Positions 26,809 to 36,643 are shown, counted from the first letter of the stretch. The stretch: 64,000 bases of DNA from Patescibacteria group bacterium (GCA_049322615.1 JBMORX010000002.1:11171-75170); one strand, 5' to 3'. Notes: generated by a model from the letters alone, not told the origin. Made by a program: numbers and translations.

Positions 26809-26992
26809 TTTTATGAAACTTTACACTTTTCCACAATTTACTTGCTTTTTTCAACAAATTTGTCCACACTTCGGCAAGCTCAGTGTAAACACAAAAATAA
26901 CCCAAAGACTATGAAGAAATCGCTTAATTTTTACACTTTTCAACAATTTCTACTACTATTGCTACTAATTAAAATATGGTAAAATTTAAGCA
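26809..26992. promoter_or_regulatory. Putative oriC: DnaA-box cluster with an AT-rich unwinding region in the dnaA-dnaN spacer
   Basis: TTTTCCACA at 26827-26835 and TTGTCCACA at 26859-26867. A ~24-nt direct repeat 'tttacacttttc[c/a]acaattt' occurs at 26819-26843 and 26929-26953, and an AT-rich tract at 26950-26990. Confidence 0.5.
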
Positions 26993-28108
26993 ATGAAAAT
27001 TTCGGTCTTGCAGGAAAATTTAAGTAAAGGGCTTTCAATTGTTTCAAGATCAGTCGCCTCAAAAGCAACTCTCCCAGTTTTGGGAAATATTTTACTCTCA
27101 ACAGACAAGGGAAGGCTAAAACTGCAAGGAACAAATTTAGAAACCGGAATTTCCCTTTTATGTGGAGCCAAAATTGAAGAAGAAGGAGAAATTACAATCC
27201 CTGCTCGGATTCTTGTAGAATTTGTTTCTTCTTTACCACCAGAGAAAATTGATCTTGAGACCTCTAAGACCACTCTTCGTATTTCCTCTGGTTTTTTTAA
27301 GGCAGAAATAAATGGAATTGCCTCAAGTGAATTTCCTAAAATTCCTTCTTTTCCAGATAAACCTGATTTAACTTTTGAGAAAGAAGAACTCATTAGGGCT
27401 TTATCTCAAGTTGACTTTGCCGCTGCTTCTGACGAGAGTCGGCCGGTCTTAACCGGTGTCTTGCTAAAAATTGAAAAAGAAAAAGTTTCCCTGGTGGCAA
27501 CAGACGGCTATCGTCTTTCCATAAAAAATCTGAAAGTAAAAGAACAGAAATTAGAAGGAAACCTTCTTGTTCCGGCGAAAACCCTGCTTGAAATCTGCCG
27601 AATTGCTCAAGAAGTTTCGGATGAGGAAAAAGAAATCAAGATGGCCCAAAATCCTGAAAAAAGCCAAGTGGTTTTTGACCTTGCCGATATTGAACTTTCT
27701 TCAAGACTCCTTGAAGGAGAATTTCCAGAGTTTGAGAAAATAATTCCTAGTACTTCTTCTACTAAGGCAGAGTTTGCTAAAGAAGAATTTTTGCGAGCAA
27801 TAAAAATTGCCTCAATCTTTGCCAGAGAGCAGGCAAACATTGTTAAGTTGAAAATTGGGGAAGGGAAAATGATTATTTCCGCCGAAAGCCCTCAAGTTGG
27901 TTCAAACCTTGGAGAAATTGAGGCTAAAACCGAAGGCGAAGAGCTTGAAATCGCCTTCAATTTTCGCTTTTTGCTTGACTTTTTAAATTCACCAATTGGC
28001 GAAGAAATTATTTTTGAAGCCTCAAGCCCTCTTTCCCCCGGAGTTTTTAAAATAAAAGGTGACGATTCTTTTCTTCACCTCATCATGCCGGTTCGGATTC
28101 AGGCTTAA
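26993..28108 (+). CDS. dnaN: DNA polymerase III beta subunit (sliding clamp)
   Basis: 371 aa. 'MKISVLQENLSKGLSIVSR' is typical of DnaN and there are three clamp domains. Confidence 0.85.
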   Translation: MKISVLQENLSKGLSIVSRSVASKATLPVLGNILLSTDKGRLKLQGTNLETGISLLCGAKIEEEGEITIPARILVEFVSSLPPEKIDLETSKTTLRISSGFFKAEINGIASSEFPKIPSFPDKPDLTFEKEELIRALSQVDFAAASDESRPVLTGVLLKIEKEKVSLVATDGYRLSIKNLKVKEQKLEGNLLVPAKTLLEICRIAQEVSDEEKEIKMAQNPEKSQVVFDLADIELSSRLLEGEFPEFEKIIPSTSSTKAEFAKEEFLRAIKIASIFAREQANIVKLKIGEGKMIISAESPQVGSNLGEIEAKTEGEELEIAFNFRFLLDFLNSPIGEEIIFEASSPLSPGVFKIKGDDSFLHLIMPVRIQA

Positions 28109-28488
28109 GGAGTTTTTGGGGCGACTCCTTTAGCCGACCCCCAAGAAATACTTGGATCTTTTGGGTCCATTCCCTGCAAGCGAAACCATTCTTCGACTTC
28201 AAGCTTATATTTTTCGAATGGGTTTTTAAGGATTAAGACTAAAAATTTTTGGGGGCGGGGCAAGTATTGAATGGTGTAGTTTTCGGTGATAATTGGCAAA
28301 AGGTTAATCACACCTTCTTTAGAGATTGTCGGGGTTATGACAGGGATAATAGTTGGCGTTGGAGTAGGTGTTGGCAAGACTTCGGGTGTTTCTTTTGGCT
28401 TTCCAATGAAAAATTTCCAAAAGACCAAAACCCCAACTAAAAAGGCGAGAAAGGCAATTAAAACTAATGTTTGGCGCTTATTGACTGG
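28105..28488 (-). CDS. Small membrane-anchored protein with a PTPTPT linker, translationally coupled to the upstream hydrolase gene
   Basis: The internal start MPVNKRQ at 28488 abuts the stop of the 28478..30706 gene. It has a TM helix 'LVLIAFLAFLVGVLVF'. The track start at 28653 would overlap by 176 nt. Confidence 0.4.
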   Translation of the reverse strand, partial: PVNKRQTLVLIAFLAFLVGVLVFWKFFIGKPKETPEVLPTPTPTPTIIPVITPTISKEGVINLLPIITENYTIQYLPRPQKFLVLILKNPFEKYKLEVEEWFRLQGMDPKDPSISWGSAKGVAPKTP

Positions 28489-30706
28489 CATATTGTTGAT
28501 AAAGAATCCAAACACTCCCGCAATAATCATAACCACAGGCAGGACTGCAGGAATCAGACTGATCAGGGTTTGCCTTACACCCTTCAGTTCCGCAAGAGCC
28601 ACAATAGTGATAAGCAGCTTTCCAACGAACAATATCCTCGCTCCAACCCTCACATTCTCCCGTTTCCGTTCCGCTATTTTTCTTAATTTTTTTGGCTGCC
28701 GCCTGCAAGGAAAGATCTAGCCGACAGCGATCCATTAAACTGTATCCGGACATTATCCCTTGCCAGGTTTTCTCTTCAAATTGCATTGGTCCCATAACTG
28801 TTGTTCCCAAGCAAAGACCGGTGGCGGCGCAGGTATCATAACAATAACCGCGCTGAAGTTCTTGGGTACTTGCGCCGATCCACCAATTAGGAGTAGTAAA
28901 CTTTTGGATTTCCTCCTCGGTATAAGACCAGGTTCCACCTGCTTCAACCTGGGAAATAGCCATCAAAAGACCCACAGGCACACACTCCTCGGCGGAGATT
29001 TTGGCAAAAAGATCTTTTAACCCTTGAGATTTAACAGAAATGGCACTTGGAGGAAAGGCTCTCCAGCGAAGGGGATTTACCGGCAAGACAAATGCCCCGG
29101 CGGTGGTCATGACGATAAAGAAAGTTAGAGCAGATATTCCTCCAAAGATAGCCAGGACCAAAGCTGTCACTGGCGCGGTTGAGGCAGGAAGAGTAAAAAG
29201 AGTAGTAAAAAAAGAAACTGTTCCAGAAGCAAAACTAACCAGAGCACCACTTACTGCTGAGATAATTCCTGGAAATGTCATTGCTGCTAGAGAACCAAGA
29301 CCTATGGTTAAAAGCCCGAGACCCAAGGAAATACCACCAATTGAGATAATAAATGCCCCGGCGGCAGCCAAAGCCGCAGCAATCGCCATGGCAATATTCT
29401 TTTTTTGCTCTTTTAATTTATTCCAGATAAATTTAGCCGCATCCAAAACTAAAGAGGCAACTGCCAAAACCTTGCTAACTACTGGTTCAGGTAAGGCGGC
29501 TAACCCCAGTTTTGTTAAAATCCAAGACGCGGCTTTTTTGATTGCCAGAGCCCCAAGTTTGGTAAGAATTGGCTTGACTGCCTTTTGATAAACAGCGCTT
29601 TTAACTCCTTCCAAACTTTTTGCTTTACCAAAAGACAAGATTCTGGTAAAAGTATCAGGAAGACTAAAATGAACGACGGTTTTTTCTGGGGCAATTTGTA
29701 TTTTTTGATAAAACCGAAGGTTAGTTCCAAAACTGTTTAGAGTTTGCCTTAAAGTCCAAGAATAGCCTGTTTTTTTTGCCCAGACAGGAAGTTGGGAAAG
29801 TCTGGGAAGGTAAATGTTTATTTCCGGTAAAAAAATTTGCCTCCGACCAGTAATTTTTGAGAACTCATGGTAATTTTTAAGAATTCCCGCAAAAATTCGG
29901 TGAGTATTTTCAAAGGTTTCAAAATCTTTTCTTTTTTTCGTAAGTTTTAAGAGTTTTGGATGGTCAAGAGGAAGTCCAGCTTCCTGGAGGGCGGTGAGAC
30001 TTGCTTCGATGTCTTTGGCAGTTAGACCTTGATGAAGCATTTCTCTAAAAATGGAAACCGCCTGTCTTTCTGGAGGAACTTTTTTGGCGGTTTCGATTAA
30101 GAGTTGGTCGCCAGCAATTTTGTCGAAAACCTGAATAGTTTTAACGATTGGCGAAAGGGCAACCTTTTTGGTAAAAGAAAAAGCGGCCCGAGGCTCAAAG
30201 ATAGTAAAAACAGGGATAAAGGCAACCCTTTCTTCTTCGCTTGCCAGTTTTTCGGCAGCTTCAGAAGGTAAAGTTTCGATTGGTGGCGGAACGGCTTTTT
30301 TAATTGGCTTTGGAGCAGGACCAGCCAGGGGAACAACAATTTTTCTTTTAGCCAGTCTTTCTTGTTCTTTTCTAAATCTTATGACATCTTGTTTTGCCTT
30401 TTGGAGAATTCTTTCTTCTTGCTCTTTACCTATTTTTAATTGTTCAACTAGGATATCTAAATTTTGAGGAATATTTGGAGCTGGCTGTTCTGGGGGTTGG
30501 AACAAAATCTCCTCAAGTTTTGATTGAACAGCAGATAAAAATTCTGGATCATCAGGTTTAAGACTAATTCCTAATTCTTGGGCAAATCTGACAACCTCCG
30601 CAAAGGCAGTTTTTCTGTCGATTTCTTTAATTGTCCAGGTTTTCTGCTGAAGAGCGTAGACTAAAATTTGGAGCTTTTGATATCTCTGGCGAAGTTCTTC
30701 GTTCAT
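28478..30706 (-). CDS. T4SS-associated membrane-anchored peptidoglycan hydrolase (PrgK/TcpG/VirB1-like): coiled-coil N-domain, multi-TM segment, Cys-rich SLT/lysozyme-like C-domain
   Basis: The C-terminus 'MAISQVEAGGTW...GPMQFEEKTW' resembles a lytic transglycosylase (E..GLMQ). A central hydrophobic block spans several helices and there are many Cys residues in the C-terminal domain. Confidence 0.4.
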   Translation of the reverse strand: MNEELRQRYQKLQILVYALQQKTWTIKEIDRKTAFAEVVRFAQELGISLKPDDPEFLSAVQSKLEEILFQPPEQPAPNIPQNLDILVEQLKIGKEQEERILQKAKQDVIRFRKEQERLAKRKIVVPLAGPAPKPIKKAVPPPIETLPSEAAEKLASEEERVAFIPVFTIFEPRAAFSFTKKVALSPIVKTIQVFDKIAGDQLLIETAKKVPPERQAVSIFREMLHQGLTAKDIEASLTALQEAGLPLDHPKLLKLTKKRKDFETFENTHRIFAGILKNYHEFSKITGRRQIFLPEINIYLPRLSQLPVWAKKTGYSWTLRQTLNSFGTNLRFYQKIQIAPEKTVVHFSLPDTFTRILSFGKAKSLEGVKSAVYQKAVKPILTKLGALAIKKAASWILTKLGLAALPEPVVSKVLAVASLVLDAAKFIWNKLKEQKKNIAMAIAAALAAAGAFIISIGGISLGLGLLTIGLGSLAAMTFPGIISAVSGALVSFASGTVSFFTTLFTLPASTAPVTALVLAIFGGISALTFFIVMTTAGAFVLPVNPLRWRAFPPSAISVKSQGLKDLFAKISAEECVPVGLLMAISQVEAGGTWSYTEEEIQKFTTPNWWIGASTQELQRGYCYDTCAATGLCLGTTVMGPMQFEEKTWQGIMSGYSLMDRCRLDLSLQAAAKKIKKNSGTETGECEGWSEDIVRWKAAYHYCGSCGTEGCKANPDQSDSCSPACGYDYCGSVWILYQQYASQ

Positions 30707-30708
30707 TT

Positions 30709-32568
30709 TTAGGTTAATTGTGGTTCTACAGGTTTAGTTTGTGAAATCGGTTCCTGAACTTGTTCTTGTTGCATTCTTAATAATTCTTCTGGTTTTGAAG
30801 TAATCAGCCTATGTTCATCAGGTGAGGCAATAACTTGAATGGCGACGTGATTGGCGCCGGCAAAAAATAACCCTTCGCCAACATTGGCCGCCAAAAGTAA
30901 ATGTTTTTCGCCCTCGGAAAGATAAAAAACCTGAGCCACCTTATCAATGGCGGCCGGTGACTGTTTCATTAAAACCTGAATTGAAGAGTTGGTGACAATT
31001 GCCTTACCGTAATCAGAGCCCAAAAAATCCTCAACATCCTGGGTAGTCGTCGTTAGTCCCAGGAAGTATTTTCTTGCTCTTTTGGCAATTGAATATAAAA
31101 AGGTGGCCGAGTCCGGATATCTCATTAAATACCAAGCCTCATCAACAATAAGAATTCTTTTTTTCATTTCCTTTCTTATTTTTGTCCAGATAAAGTCAAG
31201 GATTATAAACATGGCAATTGGACGGAGAGCCTCCTCCAGGTTTTTTAGAGAAAAAACCGTAAAAGTATTTTTGATGTCAATATTTGACCTTTGGTCAAAA
31301 ATACCCACAAATGAGCCTTTGACAAATTTTTCAATTCTATCCGCCAAACCCTTGGCTTCCGGCTCTTCCATGCCAATTAAAGCTTTGTATAAATCCTCCA
31401 TCAAGGGCGGTTCATTTTTTTGGGTCGCCGGTTCAGGAGTGATTCCCTTCATTTTGTAGGTTAAAACCAGGGCGCGATCTAAGGTTGCTTCTTCAGAGGC
31501 AGAGAGTTGTCCCATAATGACTTTAAAAAGTGAATGAAGAGATAAAATTTTCAAGCCCAGTTCGTTTTCGCCTTCCTCATAAACGGTTGATAAATCAAAG
31601 GGATTAATTTTAGCCGGTTCATTAAAGCCAAATTGAATGTATTCGCCGCCAATCGCCTGGCAAAGAGTTTTGTATTCAGCCTCTGGATCAATTATTAGAA
31701 TTTCCGTGCCAAACATCAAGGAGCGCAGAGCCTCAAGTTTGACCAGGTACGATTTACCGGATCCGCTTTTGCCAAAAATCACCGAGTTGGCATTCTCTAA
31801 AGTAAACCTGTCAAAAATAATTAAACTTCCGTTGTGCTCGTTTAAGCCATACATTATTCCCTCATTAGCCGTTAGTTCCGAGGAAGTAAAAGGAAAGGTT
31901 GAAGCCAAGGAGGTGGTGTCCATATTGCGGGTAATTATTAGTTTGTCAACGCATAAAGGCAGAGTGGTCTTAAAGCCATCCTCCATCTGGAGGGTTGCGT
32001 GTTTTGAGATAATTAAAAGGGCCCCTAAGGCGGACTCAACTTGTTTTGAAAGATGATTTAACTCCTCCAGGGAGTCAGCCGGAATAGTGATATAAAGACC
32101 AAACTGGAAAAAGCGTTCGATTCCCTTAACCAGCTGTTCTTGTAAAGCCCGGGCATCCTCAAGTTTGGCTTGAGTTTGAGGGTCAATAATTTTCCCCTGT
32201 TGAATATCGGTTGAGATTTCCGCCTCCATTTCCGTAATTTTTCGGCGCAAATCGTCAAGGACCGTCTTTCCCTCAACCGGATAGACAAACATCGAGATAT
32301 CAAGCGAATGGTCAAAGGTGATTAGGGGCGAGAGCCAATTGGCAGAGACAAATCTTGGATAGCCGGCGACAAAAAGAGTCCGAAAATAGGTATTGTTGAT
32401 TTTTATATAGTCAAAATCAACCTCAATTGCCGAAGGAGCAATAACATCTTGGACGGAGACCATTCCTTGACCAAGCCTAAGACCGCTATCGGAAATTGGG
32501 ATTTTTACTTGATTTTCTCCTTGACCGTTTGTCCGCTGATTGGCGGATTTAAAAAATGGTAAGTTCAT
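30709..32568 (-). CDS. Type IV secretion ATPase VirB4/TraC/PrgJ-like (C-terminal ATPase part)
   Basis: 'IFGKSGSGKSYLVK' is the Walker A and 'RILIVDEAWYLM' the Walker B motif. Confidence 0.7.
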   Translation of the reverse strand: MNLPFFKSANQRTNGQGENQVKIPISDSGLRLGQGMVSVQDVIAPSAIEVDFDYIKINNTYFRTLFVAGYPRFVSANWLSPLITFDHSLDISMFVYPVEGKTVLDDLRRKITEMEAEISTDIQQGKIIDPQTQAKLEDARALQEQLVKGIERFFQFGLYITIPADSLEELNHLSKQVESALGALLIISKHATLQMEDGFKTTLPLCVDKLIITRNMDTTSLASTFPFTSSELTANEGIMYGLNEHNGSLIIFDRFTLENANSVIFGKSGSGKSYLVKLEALRSLMFGTEILIIDPEAEYKTLCQAIGGEYIQFGFNEPAKINPFDLSTVYEEGENELGLKILSLHSLFKVIMGQLSASEEATLDRALVLTYKMKGITPEPATQKNEPPLMEDLYKALIGMEEPEAKGLADRIEKFVKGSFVGIFDQRSNIDIKNTFTVFSLKNLEEALRPIAMFIILDFIWTKIRKEMKKRILIVDEAWYLMRYPDSATFLYSIAKRARKYFLGLTTTTQDVEDFLGSDYGKAIVTNSSIQVLMKQSPAAIDKVAQVFYLSEGEKHLLLAANVGEGLFFAGANHVAIQVIASPDEHRLITSKPEELLRMQQEQVQEPISQTKPVEPQLT

Positions 32569-33290
32569 GGTATTTTTTTCTCCATTGCCGGTTGGACAAA
32601 AGGGGTAGTATATTCCTGACCGGCGGCTAGTTTTTGAAATCCCAAAGAGGGGTTGTAGATATCATAAAAAAGCTGGATTGCCTCCTGGGTTGAAACCTCT
32701 CTGGTTTTTAAGCCTAAACGGTTAAACTGTCTTGAGAGATGATCGCGTTTTGGATAAAGATTCATTTTTGCCCGTTCTAGAATATAATCTTTGGGATATG
32801 GAAGACCCTTTTTTCTTTGCAAAACCTGTCCCAGCGCTTGGGTGGCGCCAAGCTCCAAAGTCGAAAAGGGGATAACCACATAAAAACTTTTATCCAAAAC
32901 ATTATTTTTTTTAACCGTGTCTTCAACAAATTTTTGGTATTTTTTCATTTGTTCTGCCAAAAGTTTATTTACCTGTTTTGAGATTTCTCCTTCTAAAAGT
33001 TTTAAATAAGAGGTAACGTCCTTTCTTTTTGAACGGATAACAATTTCAATTGGAAAAGTTAAGGAATTCAAAAGGGCAGCATAGGCGAAGATTAAGGCAT
33101 CTTGCTCTTTTTCGGACAGAAGACCAAAGTTAATCGCCGTCGTCGCCAAAATTAGACAGCATGAGCCGTCTTTTAAAATAACAATATTATCTTTAATATC
33201 CTCAATTTCCAAGTGTTCTTGGGTTGAGGCGCGGATGGGAATTTTTAAGGGATCAGGCATAGTTAAATAAGCAAATAAGCAAATAAGCAA
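32565..33290 (-). CDS. VirB4 N-terminal-domain-like protein (split VirB4)
   Basis: 'VILKDGSCCLILATTAINFGLLSEKEQDALIFAYAALLNSL' resembles the CagE/TrbE/VirB4 N-domain. It overlaps the ATPase ORF by 4 nt. Confidence 0.4.
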   Translation of the reverse strand: MLICLFAYLTMPDPLKIPIRASTQEHLEIEDIKDNIVILKDGSCCLILATTAINFGLLSEKEQDALIFAYAALLNSLTFPIEIVIRSKRKDVTSYLKLLEGEISKQVNKLLAEQMKKYQKFVEDTVKKNNVLDKSFYVVIPFSTLELGATQALGQVLQRKKGLPYPKDYILERAKMNLYPKRDHLSRQFNRLGLKTREVSTQEAIQLFYDIYNPSLGFQKLAAGQEYTTPFVQPAMEKKIP

Positions 33291-33368
33291 ATGACAAATG
33301 ATGAATTTGATACTTGAAATTTGTAATATTTGGAATTGATTTGTTTATTTGTCATTTGTAATATTTGT

Positions 33369-34406
33369 TTATTTGGCCTTAATTTCAATAGGTTGAATGA
33401 TCTCGCCCCTAAGAGTGATTTTAACGATATCAAAGTCCAAACCTTCCTTTTCCGTTTCAATATCATAAGTGCCGGAAGGTAAAGGGGTGGCAATCCTGAA
33501 TTGACCAAGTTTATTGGTCCTCAAAGCCCTAACTGGATTTCCTTGTTCATCCCGAATTTCCATAATTGCTCCTTCAACAATTTTTTCCTCCCTATCTTTG
33601 ACAATGCCAACCAAAATATTGGGAATTGAGGGAACTGAAGGAAAGAGAGATTCAGGAGCAAGTTCGGCGGGTTTGGCTTGCCCGCCATAGCCCGGAGGGC
33701 GAAGGCGGGTTGGCTTTAGGAATGGTTTTTGAGGAGTATATCCTGGTATGGGAACAACCTGCCGTGCGTCACCAAAGGTTATGCCGGCGGCGCGGGGTTG
33801 AACTTCCTCAACTGGCGCAAGGCGCGGAGGTTCTTCTTTTTCAACAAAAGGCACACCAAGCCGACGAATCCTTATTCCTGCCGGTTCTTCAGCCTCCTCA
33901 AGAGGCTTTGCCTCAACCTGGATCCCTTGGGGAAGAGAAGTTAGTGAAAAAAGGTTAGTTACTTGCTTTAGGAATCCTTCTTCTTTTTGGTCAAGAAGGC
34001 TTTTTTGAACTGGTAAGGTTTGGAGATATTCAACAAGTTTTCCTCGATCTTGAGTAACGGGAACAGTTACCAGTTTTGACGGTCGAGCAGGTCTTGGTTC
34101 TAAGAATTCTGGTTTTTTTGGTTTTTTTTGCCAAAGAAACTGGGTCGGAGAGTAAACCGCTTTAAAAAAGGCAATTATCCAGGTTTGCAGAGGTCTTTCC
34201 TCAAAAGGTAAAAACGCCATTGCCGCTCCCAAACAACCGAAGAATATGATCAGAGGCCATTTGAAATAAGAAGGCAGACCGGAAGCATAAATAATAAGGG
34301 CAATTACCACCCCTCCGGCAAGTTGGAAAAATTGCTTTAAGGTCATATCGCCAACTAGGCGGAATTCGTAAGATGATATTTGTTGTGGGACAGGATGTTG
34401 TTCCAT
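33369..34406 (-). CDS. PrgI/VirB3-like two-TM protein with a Pro-rich linker and a C-terminal carboxypeptidase-regulatory-like beta-sandwich
   Basis: Two N-terminal TM helices ('GGVVIALIIYASGL', 'LIIFFGCLGAAMAF') and its position upstream of VirB4 match Gram-positive T4SS layout. The C-terminus 'VGIVKDREEKIVEGAIMEIRDEQGNPV...GQFRIATPLPSGTYDIE' is CarboxypepD_reg-like. Confidence 0.4.
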   Translation of the reverse strand: MEQHPVPQQISSYEFRLVGDMTLKQFFQLAGGVVIALIIYASGLPSYFKWPLIIFFGCLGAAMAFLPFEERPLQTWIIAFFKAVYSPTQFLWQKKPKKPEFLEPRPARPSKLVTVPVTQDRGKLVEYLQTLPVQKSLLDQKEEGFLKQVTNLFSLTSLPQGIQVEAKPLEEAEEPAGIRIRRLGVPFVEKEEPPRLAPVEEVQPRAAGITFGDARQVVPIPGYTPQKPFLKPTRLRPPGYGGQAKPAELAPESLFPSVPSIPNILVGIVKDREEKIVEGAIMEIRDEQGNPVRALRTNKLGQFRIATPLPSGTYDIETEKEGLDFDIVKITLRGEIIQPIEIKAK

Positions 34407-34630
34407 GGCACGTAAAAGTTTGCTTAACGTGCCTACCGCGTTTTAATCTAAAGGATTTATTACGCGGTGGGCAGTAATTACCTTTTTATACTAATCTATT
34501 CTAAATTCACTTCAAAGCCAATTCAAGTAGTTCAAAACAGGTCAAACTACAAACAAAATATGGCATGTTAGAAATTAGAAGATTAATTTAGCGAAGTGAC
34601 TAGTGTAAAATTTCAAAAATTAACTAATCC

Positions 34631-34660
34631 TTTACCCTTCTCGTTCCGATATGCTATAAT
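34631..34660 (+). promoter_or_regulatory. Cassette promoter module (TTTACCCT upstream element plus ATATGCTATAATTT -10)
   Basis: tttaccct at 34631-34638 and tataat at 34655-34660. The same module recurs at 36032-36061 and 36797-36841, and a TTACCCT copy at 35344-35350 pairs with 'tgataatat' at 35421-35429. Confidence 0.4.
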
Positions 34661-34673
34661 TTGAATGTGACAA

Positions 34674-35045
34674 ATGATTTACAACAAGAATATTAAAAAA
34701 ATCTTAACCAGTCTCTTAGCTTATAAGCCAGAAAAAGTGATTCTTTTTGGTTCGGCCGCCTGGGGGAAGTGGAAACCGGGAAGTGATCTTGATTTTTTTA
34801 TTATTAAACGAACAAATAAACCGCATACCGCAAGAGTCTGGGAGGTTGAAGAGATTTTATTTGATAAAATGGATGTTCCTGTAGATGTGGTTATTTATAC
34901 GCCTGAAGAAGTAAAATATGCCCAGAGAATAAGAAGTATGTTTATCGAGGAGATTTTAAAGAAAGGGAAGGTACTTTATTTTGAACCGCCAAAAGGCGGA
35001 GAAAAACAAGGTTCTCCGACGAAAGTCGGAGGTTCTTATGGCTAG
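34674..35045 (+). CDS. Minimal nucleotidyltransferase (MNT antitoxin)
   Basis: 'VILFGSAAWGKWKPGSDLDFFII' is present. Confidence 0.75.
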   Translation: MIYNKNIKKILTSLLAYKPEKVILFGSAAWGKWKPGSDLDFFIIKRTNKPHTARVWEVEEILFDKMDVPVDVVIYTPEEVKYAQRIRSMFIEEILKKGKVLYFEPPKGGEKQGSPTKVGGSYG

Positions 35046-35300
35046 CCTTAAGAATGACCTGCGACCAGAAGCGGCGGCTCGCTGGCTTATCTTTTGACTC
35101 TCTGTGCTAAAATCGATAAAGAATTTTTAAAGCTAAAAGAAAACTGTAAAATTTTAGACCCCTATTATATTGAGACAAGATATCCTCTTGATATTCCAAT
35201 TACTTATTCCAAGGAGCAGGTAAAGCAAGCGGTTGATTTGGCGGGAGAGATTGTTGAGTTTGTGGGAAAAAGGATTGGAAAGACTAAGAGAGAAAAATAG
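35039..35300 (+). pseudogene. Degraded HEPN toxin gene (internal deletion or frameshift)
   Basis: A 19-codon ORF 'MASLKNDLRPEAAARWLIF*' overlaps the MNT stop. A separate 68-aa ORF (35094-35300) then carries only the HEPN C-terminal half ('YYIETRYPLD'). The middle helix with the QQAAEK-type motif is missing. Confidence 0.45.
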
Positions 35301-35438
35301 ACCTTAAAATTACTCCAAATCCGCCAAAATATAGCAATTTTCTTACCCTTCTTGCCCTTTGTCCCCCTGGCTTTAATTGGGCTATATTTTGAAGAGAATA
35401 TTTAAATTTTCAGATATTTGTGATAATATTAAAACAGA

Positions 35439-35627
35439 ATGGGAGATGGACTTTTAATCAAAACAACTCGGGATTTTATCGTTGTTAAAATTCCCCGCAA
35501 ATTAATCTACGCAAGGAAAAAGATATCTTTAACCGTGGCAAAGGCTTTGGCTATTTTTAAGAAAGGCAAAGAAGAATACCGCCGTGGGAAACTTACCCCC
35601 GTTTCTTCCCTGAAAGAGATTTCTTAA
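35439..35627 (+). CDS. Putative antitoxin of the RelE/ParE-like pair
   Basis: 62 aa, 7 nt upstream of the RelE-like gene, preceded by 'tgataatat'. No confident family. Confidence 0.35.
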   Translation: MGDGLLIKTTRDFIVVKIPRKLIYARKKISLTVAKALAIFKKGKEEYRRGKLTPVSSLKEIS

Positions 35628-35633
35628 GAGAAA

Positions 35634-35909
35634 ATGAAAATCTGCCCAATCCGCCTGATTTATCCTACCTCAAGATTTAAACAATCGTTTAAGAAATTAA
35701 CTCCGAAAATTCAGAAATTGGCCACTGAAAAAGATGAAATTTTTCGGAAAAATGCCTTTGATCCAAGACTGCGCACCCACAAACTTAAAGGAAGACTTAA
35801 AAATTACTGGTCTTATTGGATAAACGAAGAATACCGAATAGTTTTTGAGTTTGTCGGAAAAGATATTGTTCTTTACCAGGATATTGGTACTCATGAAATC
35901 TACCAGTAG
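35634..35909 (+). CDS. RelE/ParE-family toxin
   Basis: 'LKGRLKNYWSYWINEEYRIVFEFVGKDIVLYQDIGTHEIY' matches the RelE/StbE C-terminal consensus. Confidence 0.6.
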   Translation: MKICPIRLIYPTSRFKQSFKKLTPKIQKLATEKDEIFRKNAFDPRLRTHKLKGRLKNYWSYWINEEYRIVFEFVGKDIVLYQDIGTHEIYQ

Positions 35910-36079
35910 TTTTTAAAAATATTTCCCCTTTACTCTTCCCTCTTTTACTTACTCTATTTCTCTATTGCTTGGTAGCTCGGTCGCCCTGTTGCTCTGTGGT
36001 TTTATTGCTCAGCCGCTTGATTGCTATCTTCTTTACCCTTTTCGCCTTAATATGCTATAATTTACCCAGGAGAAAAAAT

Positions 36080-36643
36080 ATGCCCGACGAGATAGGAAAG
36101 GAAAATATGCTAACTCCAGAACAACAGCCAAAACAAGAAAAAGCCGCACGACTTGAAAGGGAGGAAAAATTAAGAATCGCCAAAGAGAAAATTCCACTGC
36201 TTTTAGGGGTCCTCGAGAAGTTTCGATGTCGAGAATTACTTACCCAAATTAGAGATGAGATTTGGAGATTAGGCGAAGTTTCTATTGCTCCGGAATTGAA
36301 TAAAATTGATCATGATACAGCACTCAAAGCAGAGGTAATTTTAAAAATACAATGGCCGGTTTTCATAGAAAAAGGAAGGAGCTATAATTCTGCGTCAGAG
36401 AGCTTTGATGAATGGGGTGATCATTTAAGCGTACATGAGGAACTTTTAGTGATTAGAGCCGTATATGGAGAGAAAGAGCAAATTTTTATAAAAATTGCGG
36501 ATGATTACTGGGGTCACGAGAAAGGATCTATAATGTCTGCTGATCCAGAAGCGCCCAGAAAACTTGAAGAGCTTTTAATAGAAGACTACCTAAGGCGGTG
36601 GGATGACTTATACAGCAGGAAGAGTCAGCCCCCATACGATTAG
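36080..36643 (+). CDS. Hypothetical protein (197 aa), no recognisable domain
   Basis: The start is set at ATG 36080 behind AGGAG (36068-36072) and the conserved module 'tttaccct ... tataat' (36032-36061). The track N-terminal extension from 35969 is rejected. Confidence 0.45.
   Translation: MPDEIGKENMLTPEQQPKQEKAARLEREEKLRIAKEKIPLLLGVLEKFRCRELLTQIRDEIWRLGEVSIAPELNKIDHDTALKAEVILKIQWPVFIEKGRSYNSASESFDEWGDHLSVHEELLVIRAVYGEKEQIFIKIADDYWGHEKGSIMSADPEAPRKLEELLIEDYLRRWDDLYSRKSQPPYD

Noticed and set aside
28249-29588. Plus-strand ORFs (28286..28720, 28760..29020, 29040..29588) inside the minus-strand hydrolase gene
   Set aside because: They are antisense to a 742-aa ORF with TM and muramidase-like features. 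The translations are Ala/Gly/Lys-rich mirrors.
35969-36079. N-terminal extension of the 197-aa gene (track start at 35969)
   Set aside because: The extension translates a CT-rich promoter tract (MVARSPCCSVVLLLSRLIAIFFTLF...). A consensus -10, AGGAG and ATG at 36080 mark the real start.
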